From contig CM075979.1 in the NCBI GenBank assembly GCA_038087875.1, positions 79,732,001 to 79,796,000 of the forward strand: a stretch of DNA of 64,000 nt, given 5' to 3'. Positions 24,653 through 36,106 of the stretch are shown here, piece by piece (within the stretch, counting starts at the first letter, position 1; each line of letters begins with the position of its first letter). Below the pieces are notes generated by a model. It was given only the letters and a program-made list of their open reading frames with translations. It made no database searches and was not told where the DNA came from. The stretch is from Malacoraja senta (lineage: Eukaryota). Both the position numbers and the translations under genes were made by a program.

Positions 24653-25096
24653 TGTTAAATCCTCATTCTGTGCTAACAGCATAATAATGCCCATGAGAGT
24701 GGTTAAAGAGGTGTACACAATGGGCCTAGTGATGGCAAAATCCACCAGAGAGCTGGTCTCTGGCTTGTGTTTAAAGGCCACAGAGTGTGAATCGAACCTG
24801 CCGGTACCGACAGACCACAGGAGTAACATTACTAGCCTGAGTCACCTGTTGGGTTGGCTTGCTGGCTGTCGTGATTCTTTTAGTTTATAAATGCTTTGTG
24901 GATAATTCTCCTTTACCAGATCAAAGTTGAAGACCGAAGAAATAGCAAAGCACTGCACGCTATTGGAGGTGTAATTTAATGACAGATTAACTGGTTGGGG
25001 GATGGTGGGGGAGAAGGAGTGAGGGAGGGGAGAGAGATAAAAAGAGTGAGGGGTGGGGTAGAGAGGGAAGGCATGGGGAGAGAAAATAAGTAAAAC

Positions 25097-25475
25097 GAGA
25101 GTCAGTCGTAGTGATACTGTGTGGAAACATGCCCTTCGGCCCAACTTGCCTACACCGACCATCATATCCCAGCTACACTAGTCCCACCTGCCTGCATTTG
25201 GCCTGTTTCCCTCCAAACCTGTCCTAGCCATGTACCTGTCTAATTATTTCTTAAGTATTGCTCTAGTCCTTGCCTTAACTACCTCCTCTGGCAGCTCGTT
25301 CCATGCGCCCGCCACCCTTTGTGTGAAAAGGTTACCCCTCAGATTTCTATTACATCTTTCTCCCTTCAACTTAAACCTATGTCCTCTGGTTCTATGTCCT
25401 ATGTTCTCGATTTCCCCCAACTCTGGGCAAGAGACTGTGAGTCTACCCGATCTATTCCTCTGAAGATTTTATACT
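25097..25475 (-). mobile_element. CR1 3' fragment
   Basis: Same subfamily as 20381-20727. Confidence 0.88.
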
Positions 25476-26393
25476 GGGAAAGGAAAAGAGAGGCAGGACT
25501 ATGGGGACTTCTTGGGGCTGAATCTGACTGGATAGCATCCAGTGGATAACATAACATTGAACATGGAAAGCATAACATTGAAGCCAGCCTGGGCTGGATG
25601 GCTTGATTGGCTGCCATTCTGTTCTATGGAGGTCAAATACATGATCATGCTATACATGTTTTTATTTTGGACTGTTATTGGGAGAAGGAGTGTGTCCCTG
25701 CTTACTCTCCTCCAGCCTGTGCTCACCCCTGCTGTGCACAGGACAGGATGAGATGCCAGGGAAGTGCAAGCTGAGAGAAACGGCAACAAAAATAGAAGAT
25801 CAGCCATATCACAATGAATGGCGGTGCTGGCTCGAAGGGCTAAATGGCCTCCTCCTGCACCTATTTTCGTATAAGTATCAGGTAATTGAATGTTTGACTA
25901 TACATGTGCGGTGAGAATGACTGTGGGAGGCTGCTGCTTATATAATTGTGTGATCTCACAGGCCTGCCGCAGATGAGCAGGTCCATATGGTGCATCTGAC
26001 TAGATCCATCTGGACAACTTGCACTCTCCAGCGCGGGGACACGGCTTGCTTGTTCGGAGATTTCTGGGTTCTCATCTCTGCTGACTTGCTCAGCACTCCG
26101 TCCCACAGTCAGACCGATCACAGCTCAAATGAAAACATCCTGACATCTGTGCCAGTGTAGCCTTTCACCAGCCCCATTGATCAATCGGATGCGCCAGCTT
26201 TATTTTCTGTTTTGTCTGGTGCTTGCTGCTCTTTTGTTGCGCCTCCCTCTTGGACGCAGCCTCTCAAGGCTGAACAGCTCAGGTTTACACTTGCAACAAT
26301 CTGCACAGGAGGTGGTGGTTCAGTTCATTAAATCTGTTCTGGAGCTTTTAAAGATTCATCTATTCAATCTCCTCTCTCATTCCTTCCCCAAAT

Positions 26394-27252
26394 TGTTTAG
26401 TTTAGTTTGGAGATACAGCGCGGAAATAGGCCCTTCGGCCCACCCGGTCCACGCTGACCAGCGATCCCCGTGCACTAATACTATCCAACACACACTAGGG
26501 ACAATGTATAATTTTACCACACCAATTAGCCTGCAAACCTGTATGTCTTTGGAGTGTGGGAGGAAACCGGGGTACCTGGAGAAAACCCATGCAGGTCACG
26601 GGGAGAATGAGTAAAATTCATGCAATTATTTTCTCCAAGTCCTTTGCAAATTCCTTTTGGCTGAATTTGTATATTCATAAAAATATATTCATTAGAAAAA
26701 ATAAAAATTGCTGCAGCCGGTAGAGCTGCTGCCTCACAGCGCCAGAGACCCTGATTTGATCCTGACCTCCGATGCTGTCCGCGTGGAGTTTGCACGTTCT
26801 CCATGCAACGTCGTGGGTTTCCTCCAGGTGCTCTGATTTCCCTTGTCATCCCAAAGATGTGTGGGTTTGTAGATTAATTGGCCTCTGCAAAATTGCCCCT
26901 AATGTGTAGGGAGCGGCTGAGAAAGTGGGATAACTTAGAACTAGTGTGTACAAGTGATTTGTAGTCGGCGTGGACGTGGTGCGCTGAAAGGTCGGTTTCC
27001 ATGCTGCTTCCACCGAGTCCACGCCGACCATCGATCACCCATTCACTCTTTCTATCCTACACACTAGGGACAATTAACCTGCAAACCCGTACGACTTTGC
27101 GATGTGGGAGGAAACCGGAGCACCAGGAGAAAACCCACGTGGTCACAGGGAGAACGACAAACTCTGTACAGACAGCAGCTGGAGTTGGGATCGAACCTGG
27201 GTCTCTGGCGTTGTGAGGCAGCAACTCTACCGTTGTGCCACTGTGCCGCCCT
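26394..27252. mobile_element. Cluster of three HE1-type V-SINEs (-, +, -)
   Basis: Approximately 26394-26610 minus, 26713-27007 plus, 27010-27252 minus. Confidence 0.85.
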
Positions 27253-27714
27253 TAATTTAATTTAGCTTTTATTTTGGTGGGAAAAGCCCAACCGTTATTG
27301 AGTTCAACAGGATTTGCATTTCAGTTTCTGCGCCTCTTAATGATTTGAATATAAATAGGTATTTGAGCAGGGATTAATATGAACAACTGAACAACCAGAG
27401 GTGCTCGAATTTTATTCTAAGTGCAGCAAGCTGATTGAGAGCGAGCCGCTGATGCTGCCTTTCATCTTAGCCCAAAATGAACAACAAAGTAATGAATTGA
27501 AGTTTTTGAGGATTTCAAACAAATGCCAAGGCATAAATCAGCATAACATCCATTTGTCACCTGATAATGTGAATAATTTAGTTAGGGATACATGGACCTA
27601 GTCGGTCGTACCTCGGTAAACAGCCACTTGGCTCTGAAGTCACTGCAGATTTCGTTTAGAAACCAGAGCTGTCGGAAATGGGGTTTTCCCACACATTTCT
27701 TTCTCATCCTGTTT

Positions 27715-28135
27715 CTCCCTGGAATTTAGAAGGATGAGAGGAGATCTTGTAGAAACATATAAAATTCTTAAAGGATTGGACAGGCGAGATGCTGGAAAAA
27801 TGTTCCTGATGTTGGGTGAGTCCAGAACCAGGGGTCACAGTTTAAGAATAAGGGGTAGGCAGGCCATTTAGGACTGAGATGAGGATTTTTTTTTTCCACC
27901 CAGCGAGGTGAATCTGTGGAATTCTCTGCCACAGAAGGCAGTGGAGGCCAATTCATTGGATGTTTTCAAGAGAGAGTTAGATGTAGCTGTTAGGGCTAAC
28001 GGAATCAAGGGATATGGGGAAAAACAGGAACGGGGTACTGATTTTAGAAGATCAGCCATGATCATATTGAATGGCAGTGCTGGCTCGAAGGGCCGAATGG
28101 CCGACACCTACACACATTTTCCATGTTTCTATGTC
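27715..28135 (+). mobile_element. CR1 3' fragment
   Basis: 'LEFRRMRGDLVETYKILKG' and 'NLWNSLPQKAVEANSLDVFKRELD'; (CTATGTTT) tail. Confidence 0.92.
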
Positions 28136-28569
28136 TACCCCACGATTCCATTCACGAGCCAGAGGAGTTCTCAGGTGGAACAACGACCCATGAGCATGGA
28201 AAGCCAGTTGTCACATCTCCTCTCTCTCCTCATCATGTTGCTGCAGTGTATAATATCTCTCTCTCTCAATCATGATCGCCTCCCTCCACAGTGTGAGCAC
28301 AGTGGCTGTGTCTCAGTAAAGATATTTGCAAATGTTAATTTTGCATATGTCAGCCATTTCAATCGTCTGACAGCCACCCATTGTTAAAATATCACGTAGT
28401 AGTCATTTGAGAGGTGTTTGCCCACTGGCCTTGATTTTAAATGCTGCTGATGGAGGTCTTTTCAATTCTACTTCAAATAGTCTTTGTCCTCATCTATGTA
28501 GTTAATTGACATCTCATCCCACTGATAACATACTAGATAAACCATGGAAACTGAGAGAGGAGCCCATTT

Positions 28570-28745
28570 AGGATGTGACCCCTTCTTCAGACTCAAAACA
28601 TCAGTCTTCAGTCAGAATAATGGTCCCGACCCGAAAAGAATCGTCACCCATCCTTTTTCTCCAGAGATGCTGACCGATCCGCTGAGTTACTCCAGCACTT
28701 TGTGTCCATCTATGGAAGTAGCCAGCATCTGCAGGTCCTTGTTTC
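28570..28745. mobile_element. PLE terminal fragment with short inversion
   Basis: 'cccttcttcagact' followed by the plus-strand terminus. Confidence 0.7.
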
Positions 28746-28819
28746 TGCTTTTTTGAAAGGCAGATCTGTGGGGAGGGGACAGTATAATGCGACAAGATTG
28801 ACTTCACTTAGAAAGAAAG

Positions 28820-29180
28820 GCACAAAATGTTGGAATAACTCAGCAGGGCAGGCAGCATCTCTGGAGAGAAGGAATGGGTGACGTTTTGGGTTGAGACACT
28901 CCGTCAGACTGATGTCATGGGAGAGGGAGATACATTGATAAGGAAGTGTAGGGTACGAAAATAGGAATGGAGATCACGGAAAATGTAGAATAGATTATTG
29001 TTAGCTGAGAGCTAACAACAAAGCAAACAGATAAAATGTAGTTGGAGACAGTAAGACTGGTCGGAGAACTGAGAAGGGGGAGAGAGGGAGAGAGGGAGAG
29101 CAAGGGTTACTTGAAGTTAGAGAAGTCAATATTCATACCACTGGGGTGTAAGCTGCCCAAGCGAAATATGAGGAGCTGTT
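28820..29180 (-). mobile_element. Penelope-like element 3' end (ORF C-terminus, 3' UTR, terminus)
   Basis: Minus-strand 29178-29107 reads QLLIFRLGSLHPSGMNIDFSNFK*, the GIY-YIG-domain end of vertebrate PLEs. It runs into the terminal sequence seen across the window, which anchors the family assignment. Confidence 0.88.
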
Positions 29181-30371
29181 AGAAAGAAATAAAGCCTTGG
29201 AAAGAATTAGATGGGCTGAATGGCTGCCACCTTTACTGTAAGCTTTCTGTAATTATCTGAATTAGTTTGTTTTCAAAACGGAGTTAATGGTTTATGCAGT
29301 TTGTGGACACTCGAGAAAGCTTTCTTCCTCTTGGTTAATTGCCGTTATAGAAAGTCGGAAGAGGCATAAAACCATCCAGATGGTCATTGCACCCTTGGTT
29401 CCTGGGACTGCCTGTCACTCAGGCTTATCCAGTTACATGTGGGAGCATATTGCTGTCAGCTTTTATACTAAAGGTTGAGTTGCAATGCCAAGGGATGAAG
29501 CTCCTGGCAGGAAATTGGCGCCATGTATGCCAGTTTTAAAGACGTCAGTGCCCTGTATCATGCAAAGTCCCAGCTAAGAAATGTCATCTGGCGGCAAGCA
29601 CTTGCATCTTCCTCGTCCCACCTTCTCTCTTCGACCTTCACCTTGAACGTCTGTTGACGTTTGACAATGTTGAGGGGAAATATTCCAGTGGCACATCTTG
29701 CTAAAGTCCTTTGATGGAAATAAAGACACTTTATTTCAATCTGTCCTGTGCGCATTGTAAAACTAATTGAGGATTTGTGCCTTATTTCGGGTTTCAATGT
29801 TGCAATTGCTTCACAAAGAAGTACAAGCGCATTAAAAAGAACTCTTTTGTTCATAACCAAGGGATATAAGATGACATGGCATGTTTTCACGAACATTGTC
29901 AGGTTAACTGTTTTGTACTTTTTAATAAAGTATTTTTTGGGAAATCTGGGCAGAATGAAGAAAATCTGACAACAGAAAGTGAGATTTTATGGCAATAGGA
30001 TTTTTAATATTTTAGAATGTAATGCGATTAACTTTTTTTCTTTGTACGTGAACCGCTATAAGTCAGTTAAGTTAAGACTCAGCTGGGATCTTATGTTTAA
30101 TTTTGGGTGCCATGTTTTATAAAGGATGTCAGGGGCTTTGAGAGAGTGTGGAGGAGATTTACTGGAATATAAGTATGAGTGAATTAAGTATGAGTGAAGA
30201 AAGCAGAAACACTGGCGTGGGTTCTTGAAACAGAAACTTGAAGGAGCGCTTACTAATAGTGTTCAGTCATGAAGGGCTTTGATGCAGTATATAAGGACAA
30301 TAGAAATTGATTCATACAGTCAAAGGGTCTTCAACCAGACAAGATAATTAACAATAGGAATTGATTGATTG

Positions 30372-30665
30372 GACGATACAGCATGGAAACAGGCCCTTCA
30401 GCCCACCAAGACCATGCCGATCATCGATCGCCCATTCACATTAGTTCTATGTTTCCTCCTTTAACATCAACTCCCTACACACCAGGGGCAATTTACAGAG
30501 GCCAATCAGTCTGCAAACACGCACGTCTTTGATGTGGGAAGAAACCGGAGCACCCAAAGGAAACCCCATCCGCTCACAGGAGGAACGTGTAAACTCCACA
30601 CAGACAATATCCGAGGTCAGGCTCATACCCTGGTCCCTGGCGCTCAGGCAACTGCTCTACCAGCA
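30372..30665 (-). mobile_element. HE1-type V-SINE (older)
   Basis: Tail, V-domain, head. Confidence 0.8.
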
Positions 30666-30945
30666 GTGGAAGGCTGAGGGATCTTCAGTTTCAGTTTAGT
30701 TTATTGTTACGTGTATCAAAGTAAAGTGAAAAGTATTTGTTGCGTGCTATCCAGTCAGTGGAAAGACAATTGAAGGGGTATATAAAATCACGAGGAAGAG
30801 ATAGGGTGAATGCAAAATCTTTTACCTATAGGTTTCAGGTGAGAGGGGAAATATTTTAATAGGAACTTGAAGGGTGACTTTTTCAGAAAGGGTATATGGA
30901 ACAAACAGCCAGAAGAGGTAGTTGGGCAGGTACTATAAGAGCATT

Positions 30946-31200
30946 TTAGTTTAGTTTAGTTTAGAGATACAGCACAGAATCAGGGCCTTCTGCCCACCGG
31001 GTCCGCGCCGAGCAGCGATCCCCGCACATTAACACTATCCTACACCCACTAGGGACAATTTTTCCATTTACCAAGCCAATTAACCTACAAACCTGTACGT
31101 TTTTGGAGTGTGGGAGAAAACCCACGCAGGTCACCGGGAGAACGTACAAACTCCGTACAGACAGCACCCACAGTTAGGATTTTTGTCTCTGGCACTGTAA
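30946..31200 (-). mobile_element. HE1-type V-SINE
   Basis: (TAAAC)n tail and V-domain. Confidence 0.88.
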
Positions 31201-31466
31201 AAGGATTATGGATAGGCAAATGGATATGTGGGTAATGGAGGAGGTACAGGCCAAAGAGGTTAGATTAAATTAACTTGGTATCATTGGTCGCTGCACCACC
31301 GTGACCATCCACAAGACATTTGGACAGGTATAACAAGTTTATGAGGCCACAAATGGAGTACTTTGCTTTGTTTGATCACCCTACTATTGGAACAATATCT
31401 TTAAGTTTGAAAGGGTGCAGATAAGATTTTAAAGGATGTTGCCAGGACTTGAGGGGTTGAGCTTTA

Positions 31467-31785
31467 TGGGCCTGTCCCACTGTACGAGTTAAGTCAAGAG
31501 ATCTCCCGAGTTTCCTCTGATTCGAATTCGGAGAATTACGGTAATAGCCGCTCGTAGGTACTCGGGGCTCTCGTGGACATTTTTCAACATGTTAAAAAAT
31601 TTTCACGAGTCTTCCCGAGCTTACCGCGTTTCCCGAGTACTTGCCGTTAGCGTTACGAGCCGCTAAGAGACGTCCCGAGCTCCGACGTACCCGCTACGTA
31701 CATTCTATGTGCTTCCACGAGTTTGATTATTTTTTTTTAACTCGGGAGAGCTCTTGAATTAGCTCGTACAGTGGGACAGCCCCCA
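31467..31785. mobile_element. PIF/Harbinger-type MITE (family B)
   Basis: TIR tgggcctgtcccactgtacgagttaagtcaagagatctcccgag / ctcgggagagctcttgaattagctcgtacagtgggacagccccca; TTA on both sides; removing it restores CR1 'gagctttagggag'. Confidence 0.9.
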
Positions 31786-32179
31786 TTAGGGAGATGTTGG
31801 GCAGGCTATTATTCTCTGGAGTACAGGAAGCTGAAGGCTGATCTTTATAAAAGCATATAAAATCATGAGGAATAGATATGGTGAAGGGACACTTTTTCTC
31901 ACTGTAGGGTGACCGAGACCAAAACATAAGCTTACGGTGAGAGGAGAAAGATGTAGTTGAAACACGATGGGAAACTTTTCCACACACAGAGTCGATGAGC
32001 TGCCAGAGGAAGAAGATGGGGCAGGTACCATAACATTTCAAAGTCTGTGCAGTTCCTAAGGATGCGGCCAGGGACTCCATCTGGGCCAGTTACTTTCTGA
32101 GGGTTCACGTTCAGGAAAGCTGATCTTCAGCAACAGTGACCATGGGTAAAGGCATATTCGATTCTGAACGGATGGATAT

Positions 32180-32440
32180 TGAGGTGGTCGTGAGGATGGT
32201 CCTCACAGCGCAGCATTTTTGACCATTACAGCTCACCCCCTCCATGACACACTGGTCGACCTGAGGAGCACCTTCAGCAACAGACTGGTTTTACCAAGAT
32301 GCCGTACAGAACGCCATAGGAGATTCTTCTTTCCTGTGGGTATCAAACTGTACAACTCCTCTCCTTTCTGTCGTGGGGTAGACTGACTCCCCTTCCCACC
32401 TCCCCAATCCTTTCCACTCGTCGCTTTAATTTCATGTTTG
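32180..32440 (+). mobile_element. Rex1/Babar ORF C-terminal fragment
   Basis: 32231-32386 reads AHPLHDTLVDLRSTFSNRLVLPRCRTERHRRFFFPVGIKLYNSS. Confidence 0.8.
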
Positions 32441-32734
32441 TTCTCTCCACATTCTCATCAACTCCCCTTCCCCCCCCCCCCCCCCCAACCCAGTTATAAC
32501 CACACTTACTTAGGGGAATTTACAGCCAATCCATGTGTCTTTTCAATATGGGAGGAAACTCACTGTCACAGGTCGAAAATGCGGACGCCACACAGACAGC
32601 ATCAGAGACCAGTATTGAACCTGGATCTCGTGCTGTGAGGCAGCGGCTCTAATATTTGCACCACATTCAAAAATGTCAATTGCACATCAGTTGTAGCCAT
32701 AAATTAGTCTTCGTTGGCAGGACAAGATTACATA

Positions 32735-32892
32735 TCTTCTCTTCTTCTTCTTGCGTATGGCGTGCACAGCCTAAAGTTGTAGGACAACTTGTTCTATTTG
32801 ATCTTATTTGATCTCATTTGATTGTGCATTGCAAGGTTGATTGCATTTGTCGAAACAGGGCGGACCACGTGAAGGTTACAATCTCCCACCCC
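32735..32892 (-). mobile_element. Ribozyme-headed short retroposon, copy 1
   Basis: (GAA)n tail; same 5' end as the copies at 57693 and 61584; imperfect TSD agattacata / agattacaca. Confidence 0.88.
32839..32892 (-). ncRNA. Predicted minimal HDV-like ribozyme
   Basis: GGGGUGG GA GAUUGUA ACC UUCACGU GGU CCGCCCU GUUUCGA C AAA UGCAAUC: P1 7 bp with G1.U, P2 7 bp, P3 3 bp, 7-nt L3, catalytic-position C. Confidence 0.8.
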
Positions 32893-32919
32893 AGAGATTA
32901 CACATGATTCATTATATAA

Positions 32920-34200
32920 GACATCGGTATTGTGTTCAGTTTTGGGCACCTTGTTATAGAAAAGATGTTATCAAGCTGGAAAGGGGGCAGAAAAGATTTA
33001 TGAGGATATTACCAGTACCTGGGCCTGAGCTATAAGGAGAGTTTGAACAGGTTAGGACTCTATTCCTTGGAGCGAGGATGAGGGGTGATCTGATAGAGGT
33101 GTACAAAATCGTGAGAGGAATGAGATTGGGTAGATGCACAGAGCCTCTCTTGCCCTAAGTAGGGGAATCGAGAACCAGAGAGCATAGGTTTAAGGAGAGG
33201 GACAACAACCTGGCCCTTAACTCCAAGAGGTCCAAGGAGCTCATTGTAGACTTCAGGAAGTCTAAGGGCGGACACCCCCATCCACATTAATGGGACGGAG
33301 GTGGAATGTGTTTCCAGCTTCAGGTTCCTGGGGGTCAACATCTCCGATGATGTCTCTTGGACCCACAATACCTCAACTCTGGTCAAGAAGGCTCACCAGC
33401 GTCTCTTCTTCCTGAGGAGACTAAAGAAGGTCCATCTGTCTCCTCAGATTCTGGTGAACTTCTACCGCTGCACCATCGAGAGCATCCTTACCAACTGTAT
33501 CACAGTATGGTATGGCAACTGCTCTGTCTCCGACCAGAAAGCACTGCAGAGGGTGGTGAAAATTGCCCAACGCATCACCGGTCCCTCACTCCCCTCCATT
33601 GAGTCTGTCCAAAGCAAGCGTTGTCTGCGAAGGGCGCTCAGCATCGCCAAGGACTACTCTCACCCCAACCACAGACTGTTTACCCTCCTACCATCCGGGA
33701 GGCGCTACAGGTCTCTCCGTTGCCGGACCAGCAGGTCCAGGAACAGCTTCTTCCCTGCGGCTGTTACACTACTCAACACTGTACCTCGGTGACTGCCAAT
33801 CACCCCCCCCCCCCCCGGACACTCCTCCCATCAGGAAAAAATACTATGACTGTATGCACGTAAATAGATTTATTTATTGCTCATATTTATGTCGCTCTTC
33901 TAGGGAGATGCTAACTGCATTTCGTTGTCTCTGTACTGTACACTGCACAATGACAATAAAGTTGAATCTGAATCTGAATCTGAGGGTGGAAAGATGTATG
34001 GAATGAGCTGCCAGAGGAAATAGTTGAGGCAGCTACAATCGCAAAGTTTAAGAAACATTTAGACAGGAACGTGGATAGGACATGTTTAGAGGGATATGGG
34101 CCAAATGGAGGTGGGTGGAATTAGTGTAGATTGGACATGTTGGTCGGTGTTTGCAAGATGGGCTGAAGGGCCTTTTTCCTGACTCTATGACACTATGATG
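32920..34200 (+). mobile_element. CR1 3' fragment split by a Rex1 insertion
   Basis: 'YCVQFWAPCYRKDVIKLERGQKRF' before the insertion; CR1 end and (TCTATGAC) tail after 33982. Confidence 0.85.
33202..33981 (+). mobile_element. Rex1/Babar LINE, 5'-truncated, young
   Basis: 'DNNLALNSKRSKELIVDFRK' then a frameshift at ~33275, then ORF 33301-33792 'FRFLGVNISDDVSW...QRLFFLRRLKK...FYRCTIESILT...LLPSGRRYRS...NSFFPAAVTLLN'; (AATCTG)n tail; possible gaggg TSD. Confidence 0.93.
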
Positions 34201-34717
34201 ATGTCCAAGATAACTTTTCATTCTCATGGTCTACTAACAGCAATATGTTATTGAACATTATTTTTAAGATTACCCAGTCAAATACTTTGTGGCTACCACA
34301 TATATATTGAACCTCACAAAGGCACAGTCCAGCCCTCTGATTATATGATCTCGCTGTCTCCGTGGTGAGGGGTTTTATGGCTAATTCGATGGCCAGAGTC
34401 ATGCTTGATGAAGTTGTGGATGATCTGGTTACCCTCCCAGATGGATACTGTTTGTAAGTACCCTACTCTGATTACGATACAGAACCAGTATGAAACCAGA
34501 GACTGTTGTGTTGTTGTAGGGATTGGATTCCTCTGACAAGCTGAGGGGCAACATGACATTTGCTGTGGCTCGTGTTTGACAAACCACCGAGCGATAACAT
34601 AAAGTGACTCCCTGAGGGAAGAAAATTAAAATCGACCTCGTCGTGTGGCCTGCTGTCACCGGAGCTCCAGAGAAACAAACAGAAATGCTCTGAAGATGCT
34701 GTGACGATAGAGTGAAG

Positions 34718-35626
34718 ATAGACACAAAATGCTGGTGTACCTCAGCGGGACAGGCAGCATCTCTGGAGAGAAGGAGTGGGTGACGTTTTGGATTGAGACC
34801 CTTCTCCAGAGATGCTGCATGTCCCGCTGGGTTGCTCCAGCTTTTTATGTCTATCACAATCCCAGTCACAATCAATCTCAATAATACTTTATTAGCCAAG
34901 TATGTTTTGTAACATACGAGGAATTTCATTTACCAAGTCAGTCATACAGTTAAAAAACAACGGAATACACAAAACACAATTTAACATAAACATCCATCAC
35001 AGTGACTCCTCCACATTCCTCACTGTGATGGAAGGCGAAAAAAAGTTCAATCTCTTCCCTTTGCTCTCCCGCGGTTGGGGGCCTCGAGCCCTCCGTGGAC
35101 ATGATGATCTTGACTCCCGTAGCTGCGGCGTCCCTCCGCGTCGAGGCTATCAGGTCTTGCATCGGTGGGATGTTGGCTCCCCCGCACCGGATGATCGAAC
35201 CTTCCTCGATGTTGGAGCTCCCGATATCCATGGCCTCTCCTGAGACTGTGAGCTCCCGATGTAAAGTCCGCATGCAAGGAATCGACTCCGATGTAAGTCC
35301 ACGCCCCGCAGTGGGGCCCAAGGTCAGTCCGAGAAGGTCTTCAGCTCCATCGATCGACCGGAGAATGCTATCCGAAAATTAATTACATCTCCGGCAAGGT
35401 AACAAACTGAAAATTTTCGCCCGACTTCTCCCCCTCCGCCTCCCCCTCCCCCTTCCCCCCCCCCCACATCAAACAAACCGGAGAACATTTACGCAAACTT
35501 TTAACACGCACTAAAAAAAATTTAAAAGACGAAAAAACAAACAGACCGTTGGCGGGGCTGCCAATCGTGCGACGCTCCTGGTGGTGATCTTCGGTGTATA
35601 ACCAACATCTGCAGTTCCTTTCTGCA
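34718..35626. mobile_element. Fold-back PLE terminal element split by a 730-bp insertion
   Basis: Terminus breaks at 'gtctatc' (34855) and resumes 'atcttcggtgtataaccaacatctgcagttcc' (35587). Confidence 0.8.
34856..35586 (-). mobile_element. Non-coding CpG-rich retroposon with Rex1-like tail
   Basis: Boundaries defined by the interrupted PLE; minus-strand end 'aataaagtattattgagattgattgtgact'; no RT-like ORF. Confidence 0.7.
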
Positions 35627-35644
35627 CACAGAGGGTAGGATGGA

Positions 35645-35752
35645 TTTGATGGTGTCTTTCACAATCCGCACAGTGTCCCAGAACACGTTGTAGCCACTGA
35701 AATATACTTGGACTGTTTTAATGCAGGAAACATGGCAACCAATGTTCACACA
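35645..35752 (-). mobile_element. Old DeuSINE tail remnant
   Basis: Reverse counterpart of the 95-212 tail. Confidence 0.5.
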
Positions 35753-36106
35753 GGGACCTCTTCCAATACTGAGTGGCAACAATCAAACAGTATAGAAATT
35801 CTGTCATGCAATGCAGTTTTTATTTTATTGAGGGTGAGCATTTCAAGTAATGTGGTCCTTACTTATGTTCACTGGACACTGGACATATGCAATAATATCA
35901 AATGTGTTTCTTGTACTCTGAAATGAATCTGAAGGGTTGCTGGCTGGTTTGATATTAATTAGCGGAGCAGAGCTGATGCTGGAAGGTCTTGGTATTCCAG
36001 GAGGGCAGGTGGCAGGAGCGGGGAAGATGGGGGTGGAGGAGGAGGGGGGTGCCATCTTTGCTGCCATGGTGATGGCATCACCTCTTCCCAACATGCGACT
36101 ATCTCT

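Larger units (their letters stand above)
30770..32040 (+). mobile_element. Fragmented CR1 sequence interrupted by HE1 and a MITE
   Basis: CR1 C-terminal and 3' motifs on both sides of 30946-31200 and 31467-31785. Confidence 0.7.

Noticed and set aside
26177-26614. 145-aa ORF with a signal-peptide-like N-terminus
   Set aside because: The second half is an antisense HE1 SINE; the hydrophobic start reflects T-rich sequence.
33301-33792. 163-aa ORF as a host gene
   Set aside because: It is the C-terminus of a 5'-truncated Rex1/Babar LINE with an upstream frameshift.
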